A DNA stretch of 63,428 nt, counting the filler. It is 6 parts of 6 records of this genome, joined end to end, with 100 filler letters (N's around TTAATTAATTAA, not from the genome) between each part and the next. Parts side by side here need not be neighbours in the genome. Positions count along the whole stretch, not along the records: positions 36,712 to 45,561 come from SRR20825019_1742; positions 45,662 to 54,734 come from SRR20825019_1746; 4 more parts are not named here. The stretch is one strand, 5' to 3'. Below, piece by piece: positions 42,088 to 54,734 of this stretch. Positions within the stretch are counted from its first letter, which is position 1. The number at the start of each line of letters is the position of its first letter. Below the pieces are notes generated by a model. It was given only the letters and a program-made list of their open reading frames with translations, did no database searches and had not been told where the DNA came from. Both the position numbers and the translations under genes were made by a program.

Positions 42088-43922
42088 GCCGGGTCCTCTG
42101 GGTTCAGGAAACCGCCCGACTGGCGGGTCCAGAACTGGCTATATAGTCCGCCCTTGGCCAAAAGCGCGTCGTGGCTGCCGTCTTCGATGATCTTTCCGGC
42201 GTCCAGCACCAGAATGCGATCCATTTCGGCAATGGTTGACAGACGGTGCGCGATGGCGATCACCGTTTTGCCCTCCATCATCTTGTACAGCGTGCCTTGG
42301 ATCGCTTCTTCGACCTCGCTGTCCAGCGCGCTGGTCGCCTCGTCCAGCAACAGGATCGGCGCGTTCTTCAGGATCACCCGCGCCAGCGTCACCCGCTGAC
42401 GCTGACCACCCGACAGCTTTACACCGCGTTCACCCACCTGCGCGTCATAGCCGACGTTGCCGGCCGGATCGGTCAGCGTGGTGATGAAATCATGCGCCTC
42501 GGCCTGTTTGGCGGCGGCGATCATCTCGGCCTCGGTCGCGTCGGGTTTGCCGTACAGGATGTTTTCGCGCACCGACCGGTGCAACAGGCTGCTTTCCTGC
42601 TGCACCATACCGACACTCAGCCGCAGACTGTCCTGCGTCACCTTGGTGATGTCCTGACCGTCAATCTCGATCCGCCCGCTTTCTGGGTCGTAAAACCGCA
42701 ACAGCAGCTTGACCAGCGTGGACTTGCCCGCGCCCGATCGTCCGATCAGGCCGACCTTTTCGCCGGGTTGGATCGTCAGATCAATCGCCTCAAGCCCGCC
42801 CGAAGCGCGGCCATAGTGATGCGTCAACGCCTTCAGCTCGATCCGCCCGTCGGTCAGCGCCAGCGGCTTCGCCTTGGGCGCATCCACCAGCGTCACAGGC
42901 TGGGCAATGGTTTCCATGCCTTCGGCCACGACACCCAGTTCGCGGAAAAACGTGGTCAGCGCCCACATGATCCAGCCGGTCATCGCGTTCAACCGCAACG
43001 CCAGCGCCGTCGCCGCCGCCACCGTGCCGACCGACGCCTGCCCCTGAACCCACAGCGCAATCGCCCAGCCGACAACGCCGACAATCAGCAGACCGTTCAA
43101 CACCACCAGCGAGAAATCCATCGTGGTGAAAATCCGCATTTCGGTCTGGAATGTCTTGCGCGTGTGTTCGATCGCCTCCTTGGCATAGTTCAGCTCGCTG
43201 TCGTGGTGGGCGAACATCTTGACCGAATGAATGTTGGTATAGGCATCGACCACACGGCCCGTGACCGCGCTGCGCGCATCCGATGCCGCCTTGGACGCGG
43301 GACCGACGCGCCGGGTCGTCCAGTTGATCAGCAATCCGTACAGCACCATCCAGATCACCAACGGCAGCAACAGCCGTGCGTCGGACGTGGACAACAGGAT
43401 CGCCGCGCCGATCATATAGGCCAGCGAATAGGAAATCGCGTCAAACACCTGAAACACCACCTCGCCGGCGGCGGGAGGCGTTTGCATGATGCGGTTGGCG
43501 ATGCGCCCGGCAAAGTCGTTCTCGAACCAGCCGACGGACTGACGCAGGACATGCTTGTGCGACCGCCAGCGGATCAACGTGCCAAAGTTCACGATGATCG
43601 TGTTGTTCAGCAACATCACGTCCAGCAACTGGATCAGCGGCCGCAACGTCAGGATAAAGATGGCTACCGCGATCAGCTCGACCTTGTGCGCCGCCCAGAC
43701 TTCGGACGGCGTACCTTGCAGCAGGTCAACGACCCGCCCCATGTAATAGATCAGCCCGATTTCAATCGCAGCAATGACGATGGACAGAATGCCCGTCAGG
43801 ACAAACACTGTTTTGAACGGCTTGGCATACTCGCGCATGAACGGCCACAACCGCGTGGGCGGTGTGTTGGTTTCGGCAAAAGGCGCATAGGGATCGACGA
43901 GGTTTTCGAAAAATTTGAACAT
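42084..43922 (-). CDS. ABC exporter, fused permease/ATP-binding subunit (tandem paralog)
   Basis: GRSGAGKST, LSGGQRQR, LLDEATSALD; 4-nt ATGA overlap with the downstream paralog. Confidence 0.95.
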   Translation of the reverse strand: MFKFFENLVDPYAPFAETNTPPTRLWPFMREYAKPFKTVFVLTGILSIVIAAIEIGLIYYMGRVVDLLQGTPSEVWAAHKVELIAVAIFILTLRPLIQLLDVMLLNNTIIVNFGTLIRWRSHKHVLRQSVGWFENDFAGRIANRIMQTPPAAGEVVFQVFDAISYSLAYMIGAAILLSTSDARLLLPLVIWMVLYGLLINWTTRRVGPASKAASDARSAVTGRVVDAYTNIHSVKMFAHHDSELNYAKEAIEHTRKTFQTEMRIFTTMDFSLVVLNGLLIVGVVGWAIALWVQGQASVGTVAAATALALRLNAMTGWIMWALTTFFRELGVVAEGMETIAQPVTLVDAPKAKPLALTDGRIELKALTHHYGRASGGLEAIDLTIQPGEKVGLIGRSGAGKSTLVKLLLRFYDPESGRIEIDGQDITKVTQDSLRLSVGMVQQESSLLHRSVRENILYGKPDATEAEMIAAAKQAEAHDFITTLTDPAGNVGYDAQVGERGVKLSGGQRQRVTLARVILKNAPILLLDEATSALDSEVEEAIQGTLYKMMEGKTVIAIAHRLSTIAEMDRILVLDAGKIIEDGSHDALLAKGGLYSQFWTRQSGGFLNPEDPA

Positions 43923-43993
43923 GAGGGACCTGTAGGAAAGACGGAATTCAACTGGGGCTTGCGCTCGATTGCAGCCCGTTCAATCAGCTGTGG

Positions 43994-44020
43994 TTATGAA
44001 AACCAAATCCCGCGGTACAT
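43994..44020 (-). promoter_or_regulatory. Candidate leader peptide uORF (MYRGIWFS*)
   Basis: Strong GAGGAGAG Shine-Dalgarno 6 nt before ATG; stop followed by a hairpin (43955-43977) ahead of the ABC start. Confidence 0.5.
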
Positions 44021-44071
44021 GTCGCACTCTCCTCGTGTCTTGCATCCAGATAGCCCGAAACGCGGGGAATG

Positions 44072-45226
44072 TCAGCCCAAAAGCTGCGCGCGGGTCAGCT
44101 TAAAGTCCGAAGCGATCCAACGCGCCTCCAACTCTTTCAGCTTTGCACCCAGTTCCGGGCCATGCAGCGCGGGCATCAGATCACCCGCAGCGATTGGAAA
44201 CTTCGCCGCATCACCCCGGGCCGCGGCAGCCGCATCGCCCACGTTTACAGGCGTTTCGAACAAGGCGGACCGCAGTGCGATCACATCCAGCGCGACGTTC
44301 CGTCCGTGGCGATAACCCAGTTCGGCGGCTCCTTCGCCGGTGCCCGCAAGCTCTCGCAGAACCGCGAGTTTCCGCGCATCCGCCCGTGACAAACGCAACC
44401 GGTCGGCCACATCCTCACCCCCCAGAACCGCCAGACGGCGCATCGGATCGGGTGACAGGTCAAGCATGGATTCGGCGTGGATCAGCGGCGCCAGCCACCG
44501 CGCCTGTGCGCCGGTCAACACCTGTGCCAACACGCCCACGCGCTCCATCACCGCCACGGCAGGTGCGGGATCGGGCGCGCCCAGCAGCTTGGTCATCTCG
44601 GCGCCGATCCGTTCGGCGGACAGCTGCGCCAGCCCGTCCAGATGGTCCGCAATCGCCGCCAGCGCATCGGCGTCAAAACCATGCGCGGGGTCCGCGTACC
44701 ATGCGGAAAACCGGAAGAACCGCAGGATGCGCAGATAGTCCTCGCGAATACGGGCGGCCGCATCGTCGATGAACACCACCCGCCGCGCCAGCGCATCGGG
44801 CAAACCGCCCAGCGGGTCAACCACCGTGCCATCCGCGCGGGCATAGAGCGCGTTCATCGTGAAATCACGCCGCCGCGCATCCTCGGTCACATCGGTGGAA
44901 AAGGCGACGACCGCACGTCGGCCATCGGTTTCAACGTCATTGCGGAAGGTGGTGACCTCATAGGGTTCACCCCCGATCACCACCGTCAGCGTGCCGTGAT
45001 CAATCCCGGTCGGGATCGTCCGGAACCCGGCGTCTTTGCAGACCTTTTGCACCTGATCCGGTGTTGCATCAGTGGCAATGTCGATATCGCTGGCCTGAAC
45101 ACCCAGAACCGCGTTGCGCACGCAGCCGCCGACAAACAACGCCTGAAACCCCGCACCCTCAAGTGCGGCACACAGCGCCAGCGCCCCGGCATCGTTCAGC
45201 CAGGGCACATCGGCAGACAGTTTCAT
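44072..45226 (-). CDS. cca: CCA tRNA nucleotidyltransferase
   Basis: VGGCVRN, DIDIAT, HGT, EVTTFR.D..TDGR, DA.RRDFTMNA, RIREDYLRILR; ATG overlaps the upstream stop (ATGA). Confidence 0.93.
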   Translation of the reverse strand: MKLSADVPWLNDAGALALCAALEGAGFQALFVGGCVRNAVLGVQASDIDIATDATPDQVQKVCKDAGFRTIPTGIDHGTLTVVIGGEPYEVTTFRNDVETDGRRAVVAFSTDVTEDARRRDFTMNALYARADGTVVDPLGGLPDALARRVVFIDDAAARIREDYLRILRFFRFSAWYADPAHGFDADALAAIADHLDGLAQLSAERIGAEMTKLLGAPDPAPAVAVMERVGVLAQVLTGAQARWLAPLIHAESMLDLSPDPMRRLAVLGGEDVADRLRLSRADARKLAVLRELAGTGEGAAELGYRHGRNVALDVIALRSALFETPVNVGDAAAAARGDAAKFPIAAGDLMPALHGPELGAKLKELEARWIASDFKLTRAQLLG

Positions 45227-45561
45227 GTCATCCGGTCGGTCCATGCCCGCAACATACGCGCGGTTGCGCCCCAGATGTAATAGGGACCGTAGGGCACCGT
45301 GTAATAGGTGCGCATCACCCCGCGCCAGCGCCGTGACTGGGTGATGTAATTGTCAGGGTTCAGCACATGGCTCAGCGGCACCCGGAACACCTCGGCCACT
45401 TCGCCGGTTTCGGGCAAGACCTGAAACGGCTCGCCGACATAGGCCAGAACCGGTGTGACCAGAAATCCGGTGCCGGTTTCATGCGGCGGCAGCGTGCCCA
45501 GCACCTGCACCAATTCCGGCGGCAGGCCGATCTCCTCATGCGCCTCGCGCAGGGCGGCGGC
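45223..45561 (-). CDS. CoA pyrophosphatase (Nudix hydrolase), 5' truncated
   Basis: AALREAHEEIGL Nudix box remnant, VTPV, EVAEVF.VPL, IWGATA. Confidence 0.88.
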   Translation of the reverse strand, partial: AAALREAHEEIGLPPELVQVLGTLPPHETGTGFLVTPVLAYVGEPFQVLPETGEVAEVFRVPLSHVLNPDNYITQSRRWRGVMRTYYTVPYGPYYIWGATARMLRAWTDRMT

Positions 45562-45661
45562 NNNNNNNNNNNNNNNNNNNNNNNNNNNNNNNNNNNNNNN
45601 NNNNNTTAATTAATTAANNNNNNNNNNNNNNNNNNNNNNNNNNNNNNNNNNNNNNNNNNNN
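45562..45661. other. Artificial contig-joining spacer
   Basis: 44 N + TTAATTAATTAA + 44 N. Confidence 0.98.
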
Positions 45662-48600
45662 ATTATTCGGAAAATCAAGAATCTCCATAGACACTGCAGG
45701 AAGTGTGTTTGCCATATACACCGATGCCAACATGCGTGTTAGAGGGATGCGCATGTAGCACATATCATTCCACGGCACTTGAGGTGTCGCCTTCAGCGAA
45801 TTAAGCAGGCGGGAAACCACCTATTTGTGAAACATGAGCTATCAGAAGAAAACGTGCACCTGTGCGACTTACTGTGTCAAAGGGGAACAGAGCGCGGACT
45901 TTGGAGTGGCTAGCACTGTTGCCTCCGATGCAGCACTCCGTAAGGATGTCCACGCACGTGCAGTAGTACATAAGCTTGGATCCGAGTGCTTTCCTGTGAT
46001 CACCAGCCACCAACAACGGCACAACACCAGACCCCTCCACCGTTTCTGCGATACTCATTAGCCCACACACATAGCCTCTGCAGGTGGCAGTCGAACCAGA
46101 GGTCTCCATGAGATCGTTGTCCAGCATCACCTTCAGGACCATATTCTGGTTCTGTTTTATGTAATTGCCACCAACGGACAAATACATCCGATAAAATCTA
46201 AGAAAACATATTAAGAAGTCTCCTCGCCCAGAATTGTGAGGTTACAAACCTGAGCCATCTCGGCATCCGACCATACTTGGTGATCAATTCCGCAAAGGAC
46301 GTGAAAAGTCTGCCAGGAACACGGTTCATGAGCGCCCGGTTATCTGAAATCAAATTAGAAGGGGCATGCGACGCCAGGGCACGGAAGAGACATTACCTCG
46401 TATAGTGGCAGTGATTGTGTCTGCAACATTGAGGTCGAGCACGCCCATGTGTCTTGAAAACATATCTACGTAGGGGAAGGTGTCCAATTGATTCTGTTCA
46501 TTGCGGTTCACAAAGTCCCGCAATAAGAAGTAGCACTGCTGGAATAGATCCCGCCTCTCGGGAATTGCAGGCTTCAAGCCACCTTCCACTGGTGTCGATA
46601 CGAGGGGAAGTTTGAGCAACTGTAGTAATCCATGACGTCAATACAAACACCAATACGGCTTCGGAATTACCGTCAAAATCGTCGGGAGAACATCCTGGAT
46701 GCGCATGATGTCTTGATTTTGCCTTAGAGTCACCGAATCCTTCTGTAGCGGATTTAAGAAGACTAGTCACATAGTTGGTGCGGTTCGGAATTCTCACCTT
46801 GTCCAATAAGGCCCTCAAATCCTGGACTGCTCTGCTACAAATAATATACGAATCCTCATTCTCGGTTTGCTAAGAGAGGTCAGCAGTCTGTCGGCAGATC
46901 ACAGCAAAACCATCTACCTGGTACATCCTTCGCGATTCCTCTGGCAGCCATTTCAACATACGATTGATCTCACGAACATCATATTGGACCGCCTGATTGA
47001 CGAGGATGGCATCCTGGGTAACCAAGGGCACCACAGTCCGCGCCCTCTCGACAAAGGCAGCACGCTGTTGTAGTTCACGGAACAATATCTTCAGGCAAGA
47101 AAGTCAGGCCACAAGGCCGCCCGCAGCCAAAACTATAATCACCTTGATTGCAGTCCCAGTGAGCTCCATATCATCATAGTTAGTGAGTTCCATCATAGCA
47201 TCAATGATTTCTGACGAGTCTCCGGCAATACTGTCCACAATTCAATGCGATTCTTATTCGAAAAGCCAATGGCTTACCTGGAAACAGTTTTTGAGAAGAG
47301 CTTTGAGGAAAGCGAACCCAAACTCCGCCCGTGTAAAATGACTCGACCCTCTGGGGCCGAATCCGATGTTAATGGTAACATTTCTAGTGCTGTTGGCACT
47401 GGTTGGAAGTTCCCATGGGCCCCGCCTGAAAGGATTAGTCTCTTGAACGAAACACTTGTGTAACAACATACCATCCATCACGACGTCTTGGGATAATCTC
47501 CGATTGCGACTTGGTTTTGGAATACGGTAAGATCGGTCAAATGCATCGAAAAGCATTGTGATCCGAACATCGGCTCGGCGATCCATGGCAAAAGTGACGA
47601 TATTACACACTTCTTTCTTGATACCAGCAACAATTACATTATCCTCAGTGATCTCATATCGGTCCCTTCCCTTTCGGGGGTCCATTCGCTCGCTCAATAA
47701 AGGCAATATGAACGTCATCATGTCTACAAGCTCATGGATACCACTCTGATCCTTGCCCAAATACCTGTATCCATGTTACTAACCAAAGAGCAGTTGGCAA
47801 GCAAAATTTCACAAACCCAAATCGCATAAGAAACGAAAGCATCTGAAGGATAGCCAAGGTGTATTCGTTCTCCGAGGTACGGGTGGGATCGAGGACGCGA
47901 ATCTTTTGAAGACAAGATCGAATCGATTTCTTCAAATCTGAAAAGCCTGGCGTAGGAGCCAGATGTCCATATGCTGATACGAGGCTTATTTTCTTCCAAT
48001 ATCACAACCACCATCTTAGACAACTAACCTGCCGACTTGAAGGGACTGTACTTGTCAAATGACGAAAGATCATAGCTACGCCTAGATGAGGTTTCCCCTG
48101 ATTGACTACCGTCAACACCGCTATCGAAGGGATGATTTTCTTGACTCGGGATCGGATTTCCTGAGATACGAACGCCTTCAATACCATGCATTGGCACCGA
48201 TGGATCCCTGTATGCTGTCAATTTAAGCTCAGCACCAATTCATTTCAATCAACCTGTCAACATAGAGCCTCAAAAGCAGCACAGCATAGGCACGCCTAAT
48301 TTTGTACGGCATTGAATTATGGAATGCAAGCGTCAAAAGATCTTGGTAGGAGACATTGCTGGACTTCAAAGATATAATAGCCTAGTACACTGTAAACACG
48401 GAGCACTGCAAATGGAAGTTTTCCTTCACCTGGAATGCATTTCTGTTTCTGCCTAGCAGAAGCTCGGCAAGCAGTTCAATAACTCTAACGTGGTATCGCA
48501 GTAGAAGCTCATCTGGCTCGCAGTCTACAGCCAGTATTAGACTAAGCAACGCCGAGGCCTATTTTTCATACCTAGCTCATTCTTCTTGAAGATTTCGTCG

Positions 48601-51435
48601 CTGCGTCCGTGGAATTTTGCTAGTGATATCCAATCCTTGCCTGCTTCTCGGATGTAAAAAAAAACATCGCCCCCGCGCCTTTGCAGATCCGTATCAAGAA
48701 TGAGATCGTATTTCCCCTTTAAGAGACCCGTAACAACCAAATCCTATCAATGTCTCATTAGTATACATACACAATATTCTGCTCATCCTAACCTGGTTCA
48801 TTGGAAGGGGATCTCCGTCGCACGTTGTTATGGCACTCAGGAAACGAATGAAACGAGGGGCTTTCCCAAGATTAACAAGCAATAATACAAATTTTTCTAC
48901 TATCTCAGCATCCACGCATGTCGTGAGTAGCTATGATCCTGGGTCAAACCATATGCACCCATGGGAACCACAAAGTACCCACCTCCCTATTCGAGTCAAA
49001 CAGTTCCATCAAAGTTAAAGCCGCCATGAAAGGGCCACCAAGATGCTTCAACATTTGATTGATGTGCCGGGAAAGATCCAATCCATTCTTGTTATAATCC
49101 TGCCCACATACGTCAGTCAGGTTACACAAGCTACCCTTCCGAGGTGACATACTCGAACATAGTGCTTCATGAGACGATACGACAACTGACAACACTGCAG
49201 CACGTCACGGTACTGTGGCTGCCCGATGAATACCGGATCATTCTTATCCATGGACATTCCCTGGGCAGACAACATCAGGCCACATCCATGAAGAACAGCC
49301 ACTCCCATACCCTCTCGAGTGGAACGGAAACCATTCTAACCAGTGCGTCCATCAAACCCTGTTCCCTTGCTACCTTCTGGTATGACTTCACCGGAAGGCC
49401 TTCCCGCGTGAACGGATCTTCATTATCACTTAGGGTGATGCACCGGATTAGGACTTTCAGTTGTTGAAGAACATTCTGGTAGGCGCAGTTAGGATCACTT
49501 TTCTTGTTGCCCGCCGAAGATAGAAACCTAAAGTACCTTATTACTTGAAAATTCATTTTTCACAGCATTGGCTGCCCTCGCCCGGTCATCCGGGGATGCA
49601 GATGGAGCAGGCACGGCCTCAGTTCGTGCAGCATGTTGATGGATCATACTTGTAATGCGAGAAACCCTTAATGCTGAGGAAACGAATCAACACACTTGCC
49701 CAGACAACGCTTCCAGTGCACTACTCACTTGTTATTACCATCTCCTGCGGCACAGTGACTACCATCAGGACGTCCTTATCGAGGAACTCATTCGACACAA
49801 CAACTCGCTTGAGTTTTCTCAATTCACTAGCTCTGTCGTCGGATATCGTGGCGTAGCCACTCTCATGTAGCCATCCCATGTTGGAATGCCTTATGAATAA
49901 GAGGGAGTCCTGGGATACGCGCTGCCCGCTGCTCTCGCCAAAGGGATGCATCTGCCAAAGTGAGCTGTCACCAGAATTCGTCGAGTCTACCGACACTGCC
50001 ATCTCTGCGAATCATCAGAACCCAAAATGTACTGATCAATCGAGAAAATACCATTTCCTGCACCTCCAGCGCCTTTCGCAGATGCCGATCCCGCGCCAAC
50101 CGTCAGATACAGGCCCGTTGTGACATGCTGGAAGCGATAGTTCTTTGTCCATTCACATTCCTCCGCATTCCACTCAACCAGCACAGTCTCAATTGCCCAG
50201 AAACTGCGATACAATATAAGCCTAATAAGCTAACTTAGCCGTATGCCCATGAAACCTAACACACCTAGTAGAGGGCCGCTGGTGCTTTAGCCCGCGTTTC
50301 CGAGGGACTCGCCACACAGGAATGTTCTTATGGACACACAAAAATGCCGCCGTATCTTTGTGATACAAGCACACGATGGATCCACCTCGGATGCTCACAT
50401 CTGCGGCACACCTGGTCAGCAAGTGCACCACCCGCCAGGCGTCTGCCTTTCGTACCTGCATCGGCTTGCGTGTCAGCAGTGCCACCAAGAGCAACTCGTG
50501 CTGCCGGCACGACCTTCAAACGAGCCGCAGAGGAGGCGCTATTAACTTCGAACACCTTCTCCACCGATGCGGCCAGGCGGCGACCTAGCTGGGGGCCTTT
50601 GGATGTCTACATGAGCTCAATCAGTACATGGCTGGCTTGCTCGGAATCATCCCGCGCGGGCTCACATCAGTTATGCAACAGTACTGGTTTGTGTACTGTG
50701 TGCACGCCAATCGAATCATATCCCCGTGCCTCACCCGCGCCCCGTCTGAGAGCGTATTGTATCCGGGTGTCACTGTCAGCCACGACCCTGCACGCCGTCA
50801 GCACATGCAACTCGTATCAATCCTGTGACCTACCCTCCGACCCCCCTTCGTCTACGGTCATCTTCAGGGCCTTGTGGTGATAGTCTGCTATGGTGCTCTG
50901 AACAGTCACAAATTTCTCGCTAGCCACGTGGAACAACTGCTCGCCACCTCAGCACACACGCCGCAATCCTAACCCACGGCGAACGAACCTGAATCGTCGC
51001 GCCGTATGTCAGCGGTTTTCCAAACACTCTCTCATTCTCAATGGTGTTGGCCTCTCTCTCTTCATCGCGTTGACCTACTAACACCGCAAGCCTTTCGTCG
51101 TCCAACGACTCCGATGAGCCAATGTAATCCTCCGTTTTGCCTGCATTCTCGTGAATATCTCTCTTCGCACCAACACAAGAACACTAACTTATCGATTCCA
51201 AGTACTTCTTTAGCACTGTGTTAGCGCTGTACTGAAAGTTTGTAAAGATTCGAAAGCGACAGTCGCGCACGTTTGCGGGCAGCTCAGTCCCCTTCTTTAG
51301 CCCATCTACCCATATCCTGGAGTCAATGAAACCTCCAGCATTCACGTATCCGTTCACATCCTGGCAGTAAAGTGTGATTGTATCACCATATCTGAGCAAC
51401 TTGTCCCCTCCCGGTCCCTGAGCAACTCCCGACAT
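45662..51435 (-). CDS. Inositol 1,4,5-trisphosphate/ryanodine receptor-family Ca2+ channel, N-terminal part (many exons, 3' truncated)
   Basis: LRYGD.ITL, GFID, P.N.RDC.FRI...QYSA, EN....GKPL.YG..IQL.HV.S.KF, FW.IE, YRFQH..TG.YL, QK..REQG, RIH-like segments (CY.LL..F...N..NQ). Confidence 0.85.
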
Positions 51436-52028
51436 GCTGGTGGAAACACGCCACTCTCCCGTGACCAGGACCTCGCACGATTACCCTGGCTACCAGTGAT
51501 ACATATATTAATAGTAAACTTCTTGAGACACTGCGGTCCTTCACAGTTGCTGTCAAGTGGTCATTCGCGGCTTGCTCTCGTTGTGAAGGTCATGGTGAGT
51601 GACACCTAACTCGACGCATCCCTGGCAGACATAGAGTCGTGCTACAACGATACCGGCTCGCCTAGCAGACTCGGAGGACTGACTGAGGATGATGAGGCAC
51701 GCGAGACGCCCGGCACCTCCGACCAACGACTACCAAAAAGATATGATGAAGCCGGCCGCGGCGCCCGTTTGGCAACCCTGAGCGGCCCGCCGGTCGGGGC
51801 CCGGCCTGACCGGACGCGGCGCGGGCCGGCGGCCTCCAACGGACCGCCCTGGCGTGAATCGTCAATGCTGAGGAGTCATCATGCCGGCACTCACCGGCGT
51901 GCATGGACAGTGTAGGTCTGAGAAAAAACTCGTAGAGTCGAGGGTGGCTAGAAGGTACATCACAAATCCGACTTCAGTGTTTAATTAATGTGCAATATAT
52001 CTAATAATAGATGGTGACCAGGCTACCT

Positions 52029-54537
52029 TCAAATTGACTGGGGTCCCAACTTGGTGTGGTCTCTGCTCACCGGTAGGCTCGTAGACAATCCCATACCCGA
52101 GTTAGATTCGTCAGCGGATACGGCGCTCCCTTGGGCCAGGATGCTGTCGGAAGTAGGAGTCCCTGCCATCAGTGTGCTGCGCCTAGATACATCGGAAAAT
52201 CCGGACGCCCGCTTTCCCACGTGACTGCCGTCTCCATAACTCTCATAGGCAGGCATCAAGGGCTGTGTAAACCTGGTGCTCCTCATGCCGTATTCCATTC
52301 TACGGGAATCGTTAGGCATCAATCAATGTGAAACGTACACAAACAAAGCAATACCCCGAAATATCTGGAGATACTCGGCTGGCTGCTAGCCCGCCACCGG
52401 CGCGCCGAAGGCGACGTAACTTGACCCTCTGATGAACCACAATGCCAACAAGGCCAGCCACAGCTACTACACACGCCGCTATTCCTACAATCTTGAGCTC
52501 CACGAATTCATTGTGCTCCCCACGCTCACGTTCTTTGGCCTGGGACGTGTCAGCCAAGATATCTCAGTGAATAATGTCGAGGGCCCACCTTTTGCTGCTC
52601 TTCATCCCTCTCGTGACCGGATACCTTACTGATGATTCGGGCCATCGCAGCCATAGCAGTCTTGTCCTGAGAAGGCTTTTAGAATATGACTGCGTTCAAA
52701 AATAATATCATCAACACCTTAACAATTTCCTGATGCGTGGCCTTGGGAATTGCAATGTGCTCAATGACTGGGAACCCGGGTGATGACGCACTCTCTGTGG
52801 GGACAGTCTCGTCTCCATCAGTCTGAAGTGAATGGTCAGAGGATAGATATGGGTAGATACATTGAGCAAAAATACCATCTCGCTCGAAGATTCGTCCACT
52901 GACTCGAAGCGAAGGCTAGAGAGTGAGGTCACAGTCTTTTTGTATGCGGCCAACATGAATGTCTTGACTCCGGTGCCATAAATGTTGTACACTGGAATGG
53001 ATCTGAAGACCCCGCATCAGCATGTGTGTATACACCCCTTTCTGCCTGTTTTCCACTTACGATGGGACAGGATTCTCTGCCCACCACGCACGTGTCTCCT
53101 TGGCCTCGTTATAGCAGTCCCTGCAGAACTCAACCTTCACCACAGTCCCATCTGTACCCCATTGTGAGTAGGGATGCGAACGCTTTCACAACAGGACACT
53201 CACTGAATATTTTTTGTGTGTTGCCCTGATTGATTTCTTCGTACACTTCGACAAGATCTTTCCCCCGATATGCCCTATTGGTAGTCTTTCCTCCATATGT
53301 CCGCTTAATCTTCAGCCCGGGCTCATTCTTCCATTGAAACCTGCAGCATTAGCATCAGTAAAGAAGTCAAAAGACCACGCCACGGCAAGATCCTACTCGT
53401 CATTGGCCATCAGCTGGTACACACAAGGGACGGAGACTTGCATTTGATGGAAGACTTTTGGGTCCAAGATTAGGTTCGGCACCTGCATCATCACTACGAT
53501 GAGTACTGCGCCACGGTTGCCACACATTCGATCCTACCCCGAGGTTGTATCCGCCCACTAGTGCAGACGCGACCATTCCACCACCACCCTGCCATGGTGC
53601 CGCCAGCGCTACCCATGCGCTCACATATCGGTCACAGAATTTGGGGTACATTGCCATCAAAGATCGGGTCACCAAATTACCCATGGAGTGAGCGATGAGG
53701 ACCACCCGCTTGTTCCCGTTTCGCTCGGAGGCAGTCTCAATCAGACTCTTCAGTTCGTCCAAGTGTTCCTTCAATCGTACTGACTGCCGCCTGCATGAGT
53801 TGAGTTAGCGACAAGAAGAGTGGCGGGTGAGCTCCGTGCCATACCAGTCATATGGGAACCCAAAAAGATTCCCCTCGGGACGATAGTTCAGTGTGTGAAT
53901 CAAGTGATCGATAGTGTCGTGCCAGTAGTACGTCATCTGGTCAGTCGCCGTATCTTGCTCACTCAGTGTATCAATCGCATACAGCCCTCCCATATTGCGG
54001 GGTACAGTCACCTTCATAAGACCAGCAGCGTACTCCTCATAGCGGTTCGTCTTCTTGTCGTACTTGCCAAACGCCCCCTTCATGATTTTTTCGTCCATGT
54101 TGCCGAATACGCTGGAGACTTCATCAGCGCAACTTTCAACAAGCCCTACAGCCACTCACCTCAGCCACAACTGGGACATGCTCCTCTTCATGGTGGCTTC
54201 AAGGTTCAACCTTGAACCTCCGACGCCAGGCACCAGAATGACGGGGTCAAGGTTACTTTCTTCGGCAGCAGTGCAGTGTTCTACACTCGTGGAAAAGGCC
54301 GTTGGGCAGTCTCCACGGAATCCGTACATCTGCACAGGCAAGTGAGACACAAGAACGATACCCCCGTCGCATGTGCATGCCTACCGTGCTTGAGCATTCG
54401 CCCTTAGTTTCGCACCAACGACAGCCATCTTTTGTGCACTTTTCGCATGAGCTGTTGCTTCCACAAGTAAGGCCGCCGTGTGCAGGGCTAACCATCAGGC
54501 TGGCGAGTATCAACAGCGACACCAGAGACAGGTTCAT
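52029..54537 (-). CDS. LCAT/phospholipase A (LCAT3-like) with signal peptide, PSI-like Cys domain and C-terminal TM helix, multi-exon
   Basis: PVILVPGVGGSRL, FGFPYDW|RQS, VLIAHSMG (Ser), DGDETVP (Asp), ATHQEIV (His); N-terminal C..C..C.WC....C...C...C; 3' exon linkage less certain. Confidence 0.8.
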
Positions 54538-54734
54538 CGCCTCTGACCAAAATCCTACTGTTCCACCTCCCTTGGGAGGTTTTATGTACATTGGCGGTGG
54601 GACTTTTAGCTGAGGGGAGTTGGAACAAAGCGAACCCTGCGGAAACTAATGACCTTGCAAGCCAAACCATCTCACCCCGCCTTACCCGGTTGGCAAGCAA
54701 ATACAGAAGAGGGGGGGGGGGGGGGGGGGGGGGG

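Noticed and set aside
40144..44315. Long plus-strand ORFs (751 aa, 689 aa)
   Set aside because: Antisense shadows of the two GC-rich ABC transporter genes
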